Position numbers and translations under genes: made by a program. A model generated the notes under the pieces. That model had not been told where the DNA came from. It did no database searches and saw only the letters and a program-made list of their open reading frames with translations. Shown piece after piece: positions 1 through 8,975 of a stretch of 64,000 nt of DNA. Where the stretch lies: the IMG/VR virus record IMGVR_UViG_3300025769_015982, positions 1 through 64,000 of that record, one strand, 5' to 3'. Position 1 is the stretch's first letter. Each line of letters opens with the position of its first letter. The stretch comes from a virus.

Positions 1-2
1 GG

Positions 3-803
3 GGTGCTTCAGGTTTACCCCCAACAACTTCTCAAACAACCCCCCTTATTGATTTAATAACAAACGATAATTTATGTTTGGGTATGATCCCGATAGGTAG
101 TGGTACTGCTTTTCAATCAATAGTTTTTAATTCTACTATCCCTAGCATAGGATTAAAAATCCATTATAGTACTCCGGATCCTACTAAAGTAGTTATTACA
201 GGAAATACTAAAACCAAAATTGGCAAATCCCCTTCTACTCTTAGTACTTCCTATAAAAGGGCAGGTCAATCTACAGGAACTGGTAACGTATTTAACGCAA
301 CAGCTCTTTCATCCAATAATACTGGAATTGCTAACTTTAGGATCCCACACGGTAATACAGATGCTTTTACTTTAAGTGATTTCGGTTTTAATATTCCCGG
401 TAATGCTACAATAAATAGTATAGACACTAGTGTACAAGCTAGAAGAGGATCATTTCCTGGTAATACTACAAGTCAATTAGTATATGTTTTTGATGATGAC
501 GATGGGACTACTTACACAAAATTATCTAATACATTTCAATATAGTTTTGGATTTTTTACCACAATGAATCAAAATTTTAGCAACCCTATCCTTACTCCTA
601 ATTTTATTAATAACCTAATATGGAAAATTTATTGGAGGAACGATTTAGCAGATGACGATACAGGGGAATTTGGCCAAACCGCTCTTTTTACAAACAGTGA
701 GGTTGACGTCAATGGTTCAGCCTTTGGAACTGGTTATCCCGTTATTAGAATAAATTATACAGTCCCCCCTTCTCCACTTAAAGTCAAATTACAATCTATT
801 TGA
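3..803 (+). CDS. C-terminal part of a putative virion structural/tail-associated protein (5'-truncated by the window edge)
   Basis: The frame of the 78..803 ORF stays open back to position 3 (GASGLPPTTSQTT...). The protein is G/S/T/N-rich and lies upstream of the tail genes. Confidence 0.5.
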   Translation, partial: GASGLPPTTSQTTPLIDLITNDNLCLGMIPIGSGTAFQSIVFNSTIPSIGLKIHYSTPDPTKVVITGNTKTKIGKSPSTLSTSYKRAGQSTGTGNVFNATALSSNNTGIANFRIPHGNTDAFTLSDFGFNIPGNATINSIDTSVQARRGSFPGNTTSQLVYVFDDDDGTTYTKLSNTFQYSFGFFTTMNQNFSNPILTPNFINNLIWKIYWRNDLADDDTGEFGQTALFTNSEVDVNGSAFGTGYPVIRINYTVPPSPLKVKLQSI

Positions 804-846
804 TTCCCTTAAAATAATTTTATACGTATATAAAAAACAACAAGTT

Positions 847-1116
847 ATGGCTATAAAAAACAACGAAAGTGTTAACTTAACACAAGAAGAAATTCAAAAA
901 TTAAGCGATCTCCGCACTAAAACAAGTGAACTCACCTTTTTAAGAGGACAAATGGGTATTGCCGAAGACAATATCAAACGTCAATTAAACGAACTTGCCG
1001 AACAATTTAACGATCTGTACAAAACAGAAAGTGAATTATCATCTACTATGTTTGAAAAATATGGTAAAGGACAAGTAGACCTCGACAAAGGTACATTTAT
1101 TAAAGCAGAAGATTAA
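847..1116 (+). CDS. hypothetical small coiled-coil protein
   Basis: 89-aa ORF with heptad-like L/E/Q pattern, preceded by a promoter-like motif and followed by a terminator. Confidence 0.6.
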   Translation: MAIKNNESVNLTQEEIQKLSDLRTKTSELTFLRGQMGIAEDNIKRQLNELAEQFNDLYKTESELSSTMFEKYGKGQVDLDKGTFIKAED

Positions 1117-1144
1117 TTTTCTTTAAAATATCCTCGATATTTAT

Positions 1145-1174
1145 TGCCAGCAGGAAACTGCTGGCATTTTTTTT
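1145..1174 (+). terminator. Rho-independent terminator
   Basis: TGCCAGCAG-GAAA-CTGCTGGCA, a perfect 9-bp stem with a GNRA loop, followed by T8. Confidence 0.85.
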
Positions 1175-1205
1175 CTATATTTATTACAAATAAACAACAC
1201 AAGAT

Positions 1206-3344
1206 ATGGCCGAACAAATAGTATCTCCGGGAGTATTTCAAAGAGAAACCGATCAATCATTCATAACACCTGCTCCTGTTGAAGTAGGTGCAGCAATTGT
1301 TGGCCCAACAGTAAAAGGTCCTGTAGAAAGACCAACTGTTGTAACTTCATTTGCTGACTATAAAAATAAATTCGGAACAACATTTGTTTCTGCTTCCGAA
1401 AACTTAGAATTCTTTACTTCTATTGCAGTACAAAAATACTTTGCTAATGGAGGTAATAGTATGTTAGTTACAAGAGTAGCTAGTGGTTCTCATACATCTG
1501 CTGCTAGTACTGATATTAAATCAAATATAGATGGCTCTAGTGCAGCAAAAGCTATAGGGCAATTAACCTTTGCAAATAACTTTTTTGAAGATGAAGGTGA
1601 TGAACTACAAATTACTGTAGATAGCACTGAATTCAGATTTATAGCTTCTGATCCCACAGCTATACCAGCAGATAATTCTCCTATATTTTTCGTAGCTACT
1701 GGTTCTGATGCTGAAACTGCTATTGATGCATTAGTAACAAAAATCAATGCATCATCAGTAGGAGTCACAGTTAATGATGGTGCTACATTCTTAGGAATTT
1801 CAGCCTCTATTGCAGGTACTGCTGGCAATAGTATTGCAATACAAACTGGTTCAGGTACCTCAGGTGATATTACCTCAAATGTAACTGCGGCTGCATTAAC
1901 TGGAGGTACTGATGGCAGTGGTGTTAAATCATTTACTTTAAAAACTATTGGTCAAGGTATAACTCTTAATGGTACTTCAGGCACTTCAGATGCTGGAGAA
2001 CATTTTAGTGATGGTTCATTAAAATCTGGCTCTATAGATAACTTAAGATGGGAAGTAAGTGGTGTAAATACAACAGCTGGTACTTTTAATCTTACTATTA
2101 GAAGAGGTGATGATAATACAAAAAATAAAATCATTTTAGAAACTTATATAGGATGTAGTTTAGATCCTAAATCTGATAATTTTATTTCAAAACTTATAGG
2201 CGATCAATTTACAGACACTGTTACTGAAGAAGGACAAACATTTATTAGGGTTCAGGGTGAACACGCTAATAGATCTAAGTTTGTATACGTTCATTCCGTA
2301 GATTTACAGACACCCGATTATTTATTAAATAATGGTAGCCAAGGAAAAGATGTAAATGGAATCTTCTATAAACATAGTCTACCAGCAGCAGGGAGTGGTT
2401 CATTTGCGGGAGCTACAGGAGCAAATATTCCTACTGATAGAACTTTAAAAACTTTTAAAGATATTAGCAGCACAGATTCACAAGGATTATTAGGAAGTGA
2501 TTATACTAAAGCACTTAATATCCTTAAAAACACGGATGAATATAGATTTGCTACATTTGCAATTCCAGGAATGTTTAATGAAGCTACTAATCACTCAACC
2601 GCAGTAGCGTCTGCTATTGAATTATGTGAAGGTAGAGGAGATGCATTCTATATCGCAGATCTTGTAGGATATAATGCTACTTTAACAACGGTAACAGATG
2701 AAGCAGCAGAATTAAATACTAATTTTGCAGGTGCTTATTGGCCATGGGTTCAAGTCCCCTCTACAGAATTAGGTAAAAATGTATTCTGCCCCGCTTCAGT
2801 AGTAATGCAAGGTGTCTATGCTGCAAATGATAGAGATGCAGCTCCTTGGTTTGCACCAGCAGGTTTGAATAGAGGTGGACTCCCAGTAGTAAGAACTGAA
2901 TTTAAACTAAATCAAAAAGTTAGAGATACTTTATATGATAATAAAGTTAACCCAATTGCAACCTTCCCTAACGTAGGTCCAGTTGCATATGGTCAAAAAA
3001 CATTGCAAACTAAAGCAAGCGCTTTAGACCGTATTAATGTTAGAAGATTATTAATTTCATTAAAGAATTTTATAGGTGATACTTCTAAAACTTTAGTATT
3101 TGAACAAAATACAACAGTTACTAGAAACAGGTTCTTAAACGCTGTTACACCATTCTTAGAATCAGTACAGCAAAGACAAGGTTTATTCGCATTTAGAGTA
3201 GTAATGGACGAATCTAACAATACTGCTGAAGCAATTGATAGAAACCAATTAGTAGGACAAATTTTCCTACAACCCACTAAAACAGCTGAATTTATAATAC
3301 TTGATTACACCATTCAGCCAACAGGTGCAACATTTAACGACTAA
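1206..3344 (+). CDS. contractile tail sheath protein (T4 gp18-like)
   Basis: N-terminal SPGVFQRETD and GPTVKGP; C-terminal YWPW, PWFAPAGLNRG, LYDNKVNPIATF, RINVRRLL and PTKTAEFI sheath motifs. Confidence 0.95.
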   Translation: MAEQIVSPGVFQRETDQSFITPAPVEVGAAIVGPTVKGPVERPTVVTSFADYKNKFGTTFVSASENLEFFTSIAVQKYFANGGNSMLVTRVASGSHTSAASTDIKSNIDGSSAAKAIGQLTFANNFFEDEGDELQITVDSTEFRFIASDPTAIPADNSPIFFVATGSDAETAIDALVTKINASSVGVTVNDGATFLGISASIAGTAGNSIAIQTGSGTSGDITSNVTAAALTGGTDGSGVKSFTLKTIGQGITLNGTSGTSDAGEHFSDGSLKSGSIDNLRWEVSGVNTTAGTFNLTIRRGDDNTKNKIILETYIGCSLDPKSDNFISKLIGDQFTDTVTEEGQTFIRVQGEHANRSKFVYVHSVDLQTPDYLLNNGSQGKDVNGIFYKHSLPAAGSGSFAGATGANIPTDRTLKTFKDISSTDSQGLLGSDYTKALNILKNTDEYRFATFAIPGMFNEATNHSTAVASAIELCEGRGDAFYIADLVGYNATLTTVTDEAAELNTNFAGAYWPWVQVPSTELGKNVFCPASVVMQGVYAANDRDAAPWFAPAGLNRGGLPVVRTEFKLNQKVRDTLYDNKVNPIATFPNVGPVAYGQKTLQTKASALDRINVRRLLISLKNFIGDTSKTLVFEQNTTVTRNRFLNAVTPFLESVQQRQGLFAFRVVMDESNNTAEAIDRNQLVGQIFLQPTKTAEFIILDYTIQPTGATFND

Positions 3345-3359
3345 AGATTCAGCTTTAAC

Positions 3360-3379
3360 ATATTTATAACAAAACAACA
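3360..3379 (+). promoter_or_regulatory. putative phage (late) promoter ATATTTATAACAAAACAACA
   Basis: An identical 20-mer occurs at 6653-6672. The core TATTTAT recurs upstream of genes near 1138, 1178, 4928, 14104 and 18854. Confidence 0.6.
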
Positions 3380-3384
3380 AGACA

Positions 3385-3870
3385 ATGGCAATATTAAGTT
3401 CAGCAGATATGTTCTACACAGCTTACGAACCTAAGCTACAGAATAGATTCATATTTTATATAGACGGTATTCCTGCTTACCTGGTCAAATCAGCAGATAA
3501 ACCAAAATACACTGCAGAAGAAGTAGTTCTTGATCACATCAACGTTAAGAGAAAAGTTAAGGGTAAGTCCGATTGGTCTCCTATCTCTTGTACCCTGTAT
3601 GATCCAGTAACTCCTTCAGGAGCCCAAGCAGTGATGGAATGGGTTCGCCTCCATCACGAATCAGTCACTGGTAGAGATGGTTATTCTGATTTTTATAAAA
3701 AAGACATTAGATTTAACACATTAGGACCAGTAGGTGACGTTGTTGAAGAATGGATTTGTAAAGGCGCATATGTTACTAGTGCTGAATTTGGATCAGGTGA
3801 TTGGACTTCTTCATCACCAATGGAAATTAGCTTGACAATTGCTATGGATTATGCAATCTTAAACTACTAA
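3385..3870 (+). CDS. tail tube protein (T4 gp19-like)
   Basis: 161 aa, directly after the sheath gene; EPKLQNRF, LYDPVTPSGAQAVMEW, GDVVEEW and MDYAILNY tube-like motifs. Confidence 0.9.
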   Translation: MAILSSADMFYTAYEPKLQNRFIFYIDGIPAYLVKSADKPKYTAEEVVLDHINVKRKVKGKSDWSPISCTLYDPVTPSGAQAVMEWVRLHHESVTGRDGYSDFYKKDIRFNTLGPVGDVVEEWICKGAYVTSAEFGSGDWTSSSPMEISLTIAMDYAILNY

Positions 3871-3891
3871 GATTCTTAACATAAATAAATT

Positions 3892-3919
3892 AAGAGGTGC
3901 GCAAGCACCTCTTTTTTTT
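3892..3919 (+). terminator. Rho-independent terminator
   Basis: AAGAGGTGC-GCAA-GCACCTCTT stem with GNRA loop, then a T-run, directly after the tube gene. Confidence 0.85.
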
Positions 3920-3951
3920 ACATATGTATATGCAAACATACAAGTTGTAAT

Positions 3952-4701
3952 ATGGAAAATAAATCATTATTCCCCACTGAAGAAGTTACATTACCTTCAA
4001 AAGGGTTAATTTACCCCAAAGAAAGCCCACTATCTAGTGGTACCCTCGAGATGAAATACATGACTGCTCGAGAAGAGGATATCCTTACTAATGAATCTTA
4101 CATTAAAAACGGAACAGTAATTGATAAATTACTTAAAGCCCTAATAGTTACTCCTATTAACTATAATGACCTATTAATAGGCGATAAAAATGCCATTATG
4201 GTTGCTGCTAGAGTATTAGGGTATGGTAAAGAATATACGTTTGATTTCGAAGATGAAACCCATACAATTGATTTAACTACAATTAACGATAAAGAATTAG
4301 ACGAAAAACACATTATTACACCAGGTAAAAATGAATTTGGGTTTACTTTACCTCTTCTTAAAAAAGAAATTACATTTAAAATTTTGACTCATGGTGATGA
4401 AAAGAAAATTAAAAGTGAGTTAGAGGGCCTTAAAAAAGTAGAAAAAACTAGTCGTGATCTAACTACCCGATTAAAACATATGATTTTATCTGTAGATGGT
4501 GATTACGATAGAAAAACAGTAAGAGAATTTGTAGATAACAATTTATTAGCAAGAGACTCTAGAGCATTAAGATCTTATATCAAAGAAATCCAGCCTGATG
4601 TAGATTTAACAATTGATCTTGAAACCGAAGCTGGAGACGTAAAAGGGGGCGTTAAAATCCCTATAGGGATTACGTTTTTTTGGCCTGACTCCGACTTATA
4701 A
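3952..4701 (+). CDS. baseplate hub/tail assembly chaperone (T4 gp26-like)
   Basis: LPSKG...MKYMTAREEDILT...LLIGDKNAIMVAARVLGYG motifs, ending in FFWP; lies between the tube and tape measure genes. Confidence 0.75.
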   Translation: MENKSLFPTEEVTLPSKGLIYPKESPLSSGTLEMKYMTAREEDILTNESYIKNGTVIDKLLKALIVTPINYNDLLIGDKNAIMVAARVLGYGKEYTFDFEDETHTIDLTTINDKELDEKHIITPGKNEFGFTLPLLKKEITFKILTHGDEKKIKSELEGLKKVEKTSRDLTTRLKHMILSVDGDYDRKTVREFVDNNLLARDSRALRSYIKEIQPDVDLTIDLETEAGDVKGGVKIPIGITFFWPDSDL

Positions 4702-4918
4702 AAAACAAATTTACCAGGAAGTCCATGACCTAGTTTATTATGGTAATGGAGGTTTTATATATTCTGAGGTATACCAAATGCCAGTTCATTTAAGGAGGTA
4801 CCATATCCGTAAAATAGATGTAGTACATAAAAAACAAAATGAAGCCATTAAAAAGGCTCAAGAAAGTAATACTACAACTCCTTCTATTCCTAAGGCACCA
4901 AGCATTAATAAAGGCTAA
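4682..4918 (+). CDS. unannotated +1-frame ORF (gp51-like), probable frameshift extension of the gp26-like chaperone
   Basis: Reads GLTPTYKKQIYQEVHDLVYYGNGGFIYSEVYQMPVHLRRYHIRKID...NKG*. It starts right after the T7 run at 4675-4681, has an in-frame TAG at 4664 upstream and no ATG until 4778. Confidence 0.7.
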   Translation, partial: GLTPTYKKQIYQEVHDLVYYGNGGFIYSEVYQMPVHLRRYHIRKIDVVHKKQNEAIKKAQESNTTTPSIPKAPSINKG

Positions 4919-4958
4919 CCTTTTTAATATTTATAATAAACACCCCCAATAAGTTAGC

Positions 4959-6653
4959 ATGGCAGACGAAACATTTAATGAAGCAAATGAGGCCGCAGAT
5001 AATCTGCGAGATGCATTTAGCGATCTTTATATACTTCTTGATGATTTAGCTAAGAGTCTAAGTACCTCATCAAAATTAACTAATGACTTGGCTGATAATA
5101 TGTTAAGAACTGCAGAAAATACTGAAAAAGCCAAAGAAGCTACTGAAGATTTAAAAGATGATATTGATAAAGCAACTAAGGCTCAAGAAAAACAAAATAA
5201 AAGATTAAAACTTCAAAACCAACTAGTTGCTGCTGGTAAAGGTAGTTTACTTGCTATAGTTCAAGCAATTCAAGATGCTGATAAGCAAACCACAGAACTT
5301 GTTAGATCTTTAGCACTTTCAAAGGGGGAAGCAATTCAACTAAAACAAGAATTCACAGATGCCGCTTTCCGGCTGAATGATATAGCTATTACTTCTAAAA
5401 AATTAATTGAAGCTAATAATCAGCTAAATAATGCATATGGAACCGCATTTAGATTTAATACTAGAACATTAGCTACATTCTCAAAACTAACTAAAATAGT
5501 TGGAATAACAGAGGAATCAGCAACTAACTTAGCATTTGCCGCCCAACAATCAGGTCAAAGCTTTAGAGCTGTAGAAGAAAACATATTAGGTGCTTCTCGT
5601 AACTTACAAAAACAAGTAGGTGTAGCTTTAGATAGTAAAAATATATTAGAAAGCACAGGTAAAATTACAGGTCAAATAAGAGCTAACTTCAAAAACAATC
5701 CAGTAGAAATTGCTAAAGCAGTAACCCAGGCTAAATTATTGGGTACTGAATTAGAAAAACTCTCAGCAGCTGGTAGGACTCTTCTTGATTTTGAATCAAG
5801 TATAGAAAAAGAACTTGAAGCCGAACTTTTAACAGGTAAACAGTTAAATTTAGAAAAAGCAAGATCAGCTGCTTTAGCAGGTGATGAATTAACATTAGGT
5901 GCAGAATTAGCTAAAAACATAGGAACACAAGCTGAGTTCTTAGATATGAATGTTTTAGAAAGGGAAAAACTAGCAGCAGCAGTAGGTCTTGAAGCAGACC
6001 AAGTAGCAGATATGTTATTCGCCCAAGAAACTATGGGTATGAATGCTAGGCAATTAAGAGCTATAGGAAAAGGGCAGTTAGCAGATAGAGTAGAAGAACT
6101 AAGCTTACAAGATAAACTGCAAGCGGCACAAGAAAAATTCCAAGATTCTCTACAACAATTAGCCATACGATTAACCCCAATAGTTGAAGGCTTTGCTAGT
6201 GTACTAGAATCTATCGCTAATAGTGGACCAATGATGTCAGCACTAGTAACAGCAGCTGGTGCACTAGCAACAATCAGTATAGCTTCTTCTATAGCAAATA
6301 TTTTTTCAGCAGGAGCTAAAGGAGGTCTTCTAGGATTAGGTGTAGCAGCAGCTGCTGTTATAGGCATGATGAGTATGATAAGTAATGCATCATCAACAGT
6401 TGCAAACCTTGCTGAAGGTGGTGTTGTAATGCCTAGAGCAGGCGGTACTATAGCACGTATAGGTGAAGCAGGCCAACCAGAAGCTGTAATCCCACTAAAT
6501 AGAGCTAGACAAATGGGGTTCGGTGATACTCAAACTAATACCCAACCAATAATAATACAAAATAACTGGGATGCATTTGCTGCATCTAATGGTAATGGTC
6601 GTAGAGGATTAGGAGGAACTCAAGCACTCCAAGCAAGTCCTACATTTGCATAA
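4959..6653 (+). CDS. tail tape measure protein
   Basis: 564 aa, Ala/Leu/Glu-rich and helical, with a hydrophobic segment near the C-terminus and LAEGGVV...IGEAGQPEAVIPL motif; follows the chaperone. Confidence 0.75.
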   Translation: MADETFNEANEAADNLRDAFSDLYILLDDLAKSLSTSSKLTNDLADNMLRTAENTEKAKEATEDLKDDIDKATKAQEKQNKRLKLQNQLVAAGKGSLLAIVQAIQDADKQTTELVRSLALSKGEAIQLKQEFTDAAFRLNDIAITSKKLIEANNQLNNAYGTAFRFNTRTLATFSKLTKIVGITEESATNLAFAAQQSGQSFRAVEENILGASRNLQKQVGVALDSKNILESTGKITGQIRANFKNNPVEIAKAVTQAKLLGTELEKLSAAGRTLLDFESSIEKELEAELLTGKQLNLEKARSAALAGDELTLGAELAKNIGTQAEFLDMNVLEREKLAAAVGLEADQVADMLFAQETMGMNARQLRAIGKGQLADRVEELSLQDKLQAAQEKFQDSLQQLAIRLTPIVEGFASVLESIANSGPMMSALVTAAGALATISIASSIANIFSAGAKGGLLGLGVAAAAVIGMMSMISNASSTVANLAEGGVVMPRAGGTIARIGEAGQPEAVIPLNRARQMGFGDTQTNTQPIIIQNNWDAFAASNGNGRRGLGGTQALQASPTFA

Positions 6654-6672
6654 TATTTATAACAAAACAACA
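6653..6672 (+). promoter_or_regulatory. putative phage (late) promoter, identical to 3360-3379
   Basis: ATATTTATAACAAAACAACA immediately upstream of ORF 6678. Confidence 0.6.
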
Positions 6673-6677
6673 CAATT

Positions 6678-7100
6678 ATGGCACTTAAAGATTTAAAATC
6701 AATTCACGATTTAGTCCAAGGAGATGGTCCCGTAGGAGAAATGACAGGCCAAACTGGTCCTAATTTCCCAATAACAGGCCCCAAAACTGAAAGAGGTGCA
6801 TATCCATTTAGTGTCCCTAATAATTCAAACCTCCATGCAGGCCCATTAGCAGACCAAGCTGGTAAATCATTATTAGGTTCAGCATATCAATATGCTTATG
6901 GTGGTGCAGCAGCATCTGTAAATCCATCTACCTTAGACCTAAATGGTATTGCTCCTGATTCTTACCCAATTAACAATGAGACAACATCTCCATTTTTTAA
7001 CCTAAGGTCTATTCATGATCTAATTCCTGGAAATGTAAAACCTATAGGATCATTTGATGGGATAACTCCATCTTTATATACTGATAACTTACCCGACTAA
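6678..7100 (+). CDS. hypothetical virion-module protein with internal repeat
   Basis: 140 aa; repeated LKSIHDLV/LRSIHDLI and LNGIAPDSY/FDGITPSLY segments. Confidence 0.55.
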   Translation: MALKDLKSIHDLVQGDGPVGEMTGQTGPNFPITGPKTERGAYPFSVPNNSNLHAGPLADQAGKSLLGSAYQYAYGGAAASVNPSTLDLNGIAPDSYPINNETTSPFFNLRSIHDLIPGNVKPIGSFDGITPSLYTDNLPD

Positions 7101-7107
7101 ATAACCC

Positions 7108-8664
7108 ATGGGGATAACTTTAAAGGGTATACTAGAGGCAGCCGAAGAAACCGGTCAAAATCCTGATGGGTCAAATTTTAATCAACGATCGTTAGGATAT
7201 GGAGATAGTAAACCTTTAATTGTAAAACAATTACCAGGGGTTAATCAAACTAAAATCCTAGACAGTCAGGGAGCTCAATTAATAAACGAGGTTAGCGACA
7301 ATTTTATCAGAGGTGGGACTATAGGGGCCACAGAAGCAGCTATTACCGATGTAGCTAGATTAGGTAAAGTTTTATTATCCCCTAATGGTATATCATGGAC
7401 AGCATCTCAAGTAGCTCTTTCAAAAACTAACCCTACATTCTATGCTAATGATAATCCTATCGCAGGGGGTGCAAATAATAGAGTAACATCCCCCGCCCAT
7501 GTCATAGGCACAGCAGGTACGGGTGCTGCGGGTATTAGGTTTAGAAGGGATAGAATATTAGATTTAAAAAGAGAATCAGGATATAATTACGAACCTAAAA
7601 GAGGAGGTCCTAAATATGAATCTAACTTTCTTAGGGCTATAAAATCAGGGGTAGAAGAAATTTCTGATAATACATTATATGGCGCTTATAATAAAATAGT
7701 TAGCAAAGGTAAATTAGGGATTATTAAAGAATATAAAGGTGGCCCTCACTCAACTTTTGGTATAGGTGATACTACTATAAAACAATATATAAGTAATCCT
7801 TTTAATGATATTGGCGAGAATGGTGGGTATCTCCCCCTATTTAATCAAGGACTATTTGACCTTAGACAAGGTCCTAACCCTACAAAAACTGACGCAGGGT
7901 CTGCAACTTACACAGATTATAGATCAAGAACTAATAGACCCAATAATGTTACCCAAACTCGAATTGGATTATATAACTTAGGAGATCCTGGGGCAACATC
8001 CGAAGAAATAAGAAATGGAGCCTATAATGTACCAGTAGAGGATGTAGAGGGTGCTATAGATAAAATCACCCAAACAGGAATATTCTCTAGGAAAAACTTT
8101 AATAGGGAAGATAATAATCCTGAATTAAAGGACTACATTAAATTTAGGATCGCTGTTGTAAACACTGAAGAACCCATAAAGGACAATGTTATACAGTTTA
8201 GAGCCCTTTTAGATAGCATGTCTGATAACTATACTGGCAATTGGAATAGTTACAAATACAATGGTAGAGCTGAAGAATTTTACACTTATGCAGGTTTCCA
8301 AAGGGGAATCAACTTTAGTTTCAAAATCCATACTCAAACTAGACACGAACAAGGACCACTTTGGAATAAGCTAAATTACTTAGTAGCCCAAACTGCACCT
8401 GAATACAAAAACAATAGGATGAGAGGAGTATTTTCTCGATTAACTATAGGTGATTGGATAAGTGAAATCCCTGGGTTTTTTACTAGTGTAGGGTTGAGTT
8501 GGGCTACCTCATATCCCTGGGAAATCCAACAAGACCCCGAAGGTTTAGACAGCGATGTAAAGCAATACCCTCATGTCCTAGATGTCTCTTGTGCTTTCCA
8601 ACCAATACACAACTTTGCCCCATCAAATTCTACTACTACACCATTTATAATTGCTGAAGCATAA
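7108..8664 (+). CDS. baseplate/tail-tube initiator-like protein
   Basis: C-terminal FRALLDSMSDNYTGNW..YNGRAEEFYTYAGFQRGINFSF...RLTIGDW...PW pattern of tube-fold baseplate proteins; synteny. Confidence 0.6.
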   Translation: MGITLKGILEAAEETGQNPDGSNFNQRSLGYGDSKPLIVKQLPGVNQTKILDSQGAQLINEVSDNFIRGGTIGATEAAITDVARLGKVLLSPNGISWTASQVALSKTNPTFYANDNPIAGGANNRVTSPAHVIGTAGTGAAGIRFRRDRILDLKRESGYNYEPKRGGPKYESNFLRAIKSGVEEISDNTLYGAYNKIVSKGKLGIIKEYKGGPHSTFGIGDTTIKQYISNPFNDIGENGGYLPLFNQGLFDLRQGPNPTKTDAGSATYTDYRSRTNRPNNVTQTRIGLYNLGDPGATSEEIRNGAYNVPVEDVEGAIDKITQTGIFSRKNFNREDNNPELKDYIKFRIAVVNTEEPIKDNVIQFRALLDSMSDNYTGNWNSYKYNGRAEEFYTYAGFQRGINFSFKIHTQTRHEQGPLWNKLNYLVAQTAPEYKNNRMRGVFSRLTIGDWISEIPGFFTSVGLSWATSYPWEIQQDPEGLDSDVKQYPHVLDVSCAFQPIHNFAPSNSTTTPFIIAEA

Positions 8665-8975
8665 TGAGACGCTATAATAACATATCAATAGTAAGAGGTA
8701 TAAATAATAAAAGAAGATACCTAAGTACAGTTTTACCTGAGGTACCTTTAAGCGCAGATGATTCTTACATTATCACCCAAGATGGTGATAGGTTAGATAA
8801 CCTTAGTTTTGAATTTTATAACGATCCCCAATTTTGGTGGGTAATAGCAGCTGCTAACCCTAATAAATTAAAGAAAGATAGCTACTATGTAGCATTAGGC
8901 GAACAAATAAGAATACCAGTGGATCCTATACAATATATAAATACATTCACTAGTTTTAATAATAACGGTAGATGA
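8664..8975 (+). CDS. baseplate wedge protein (gp53/LysM-like)
   Basis: GDRLDNLSFEFYNDPQFWWVIAAAN...GEQIRIP motif. Confidence 0.8.
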   Translation: MRRYNNISIVRGINNKRRYLSTVLPEVPLSADDSYIITQDGDRLDNLSFEFYNDPQFWWVIAAANPNKLKKDSYYVALGEQIRIPVDPIQYINTFTSFNNNGR

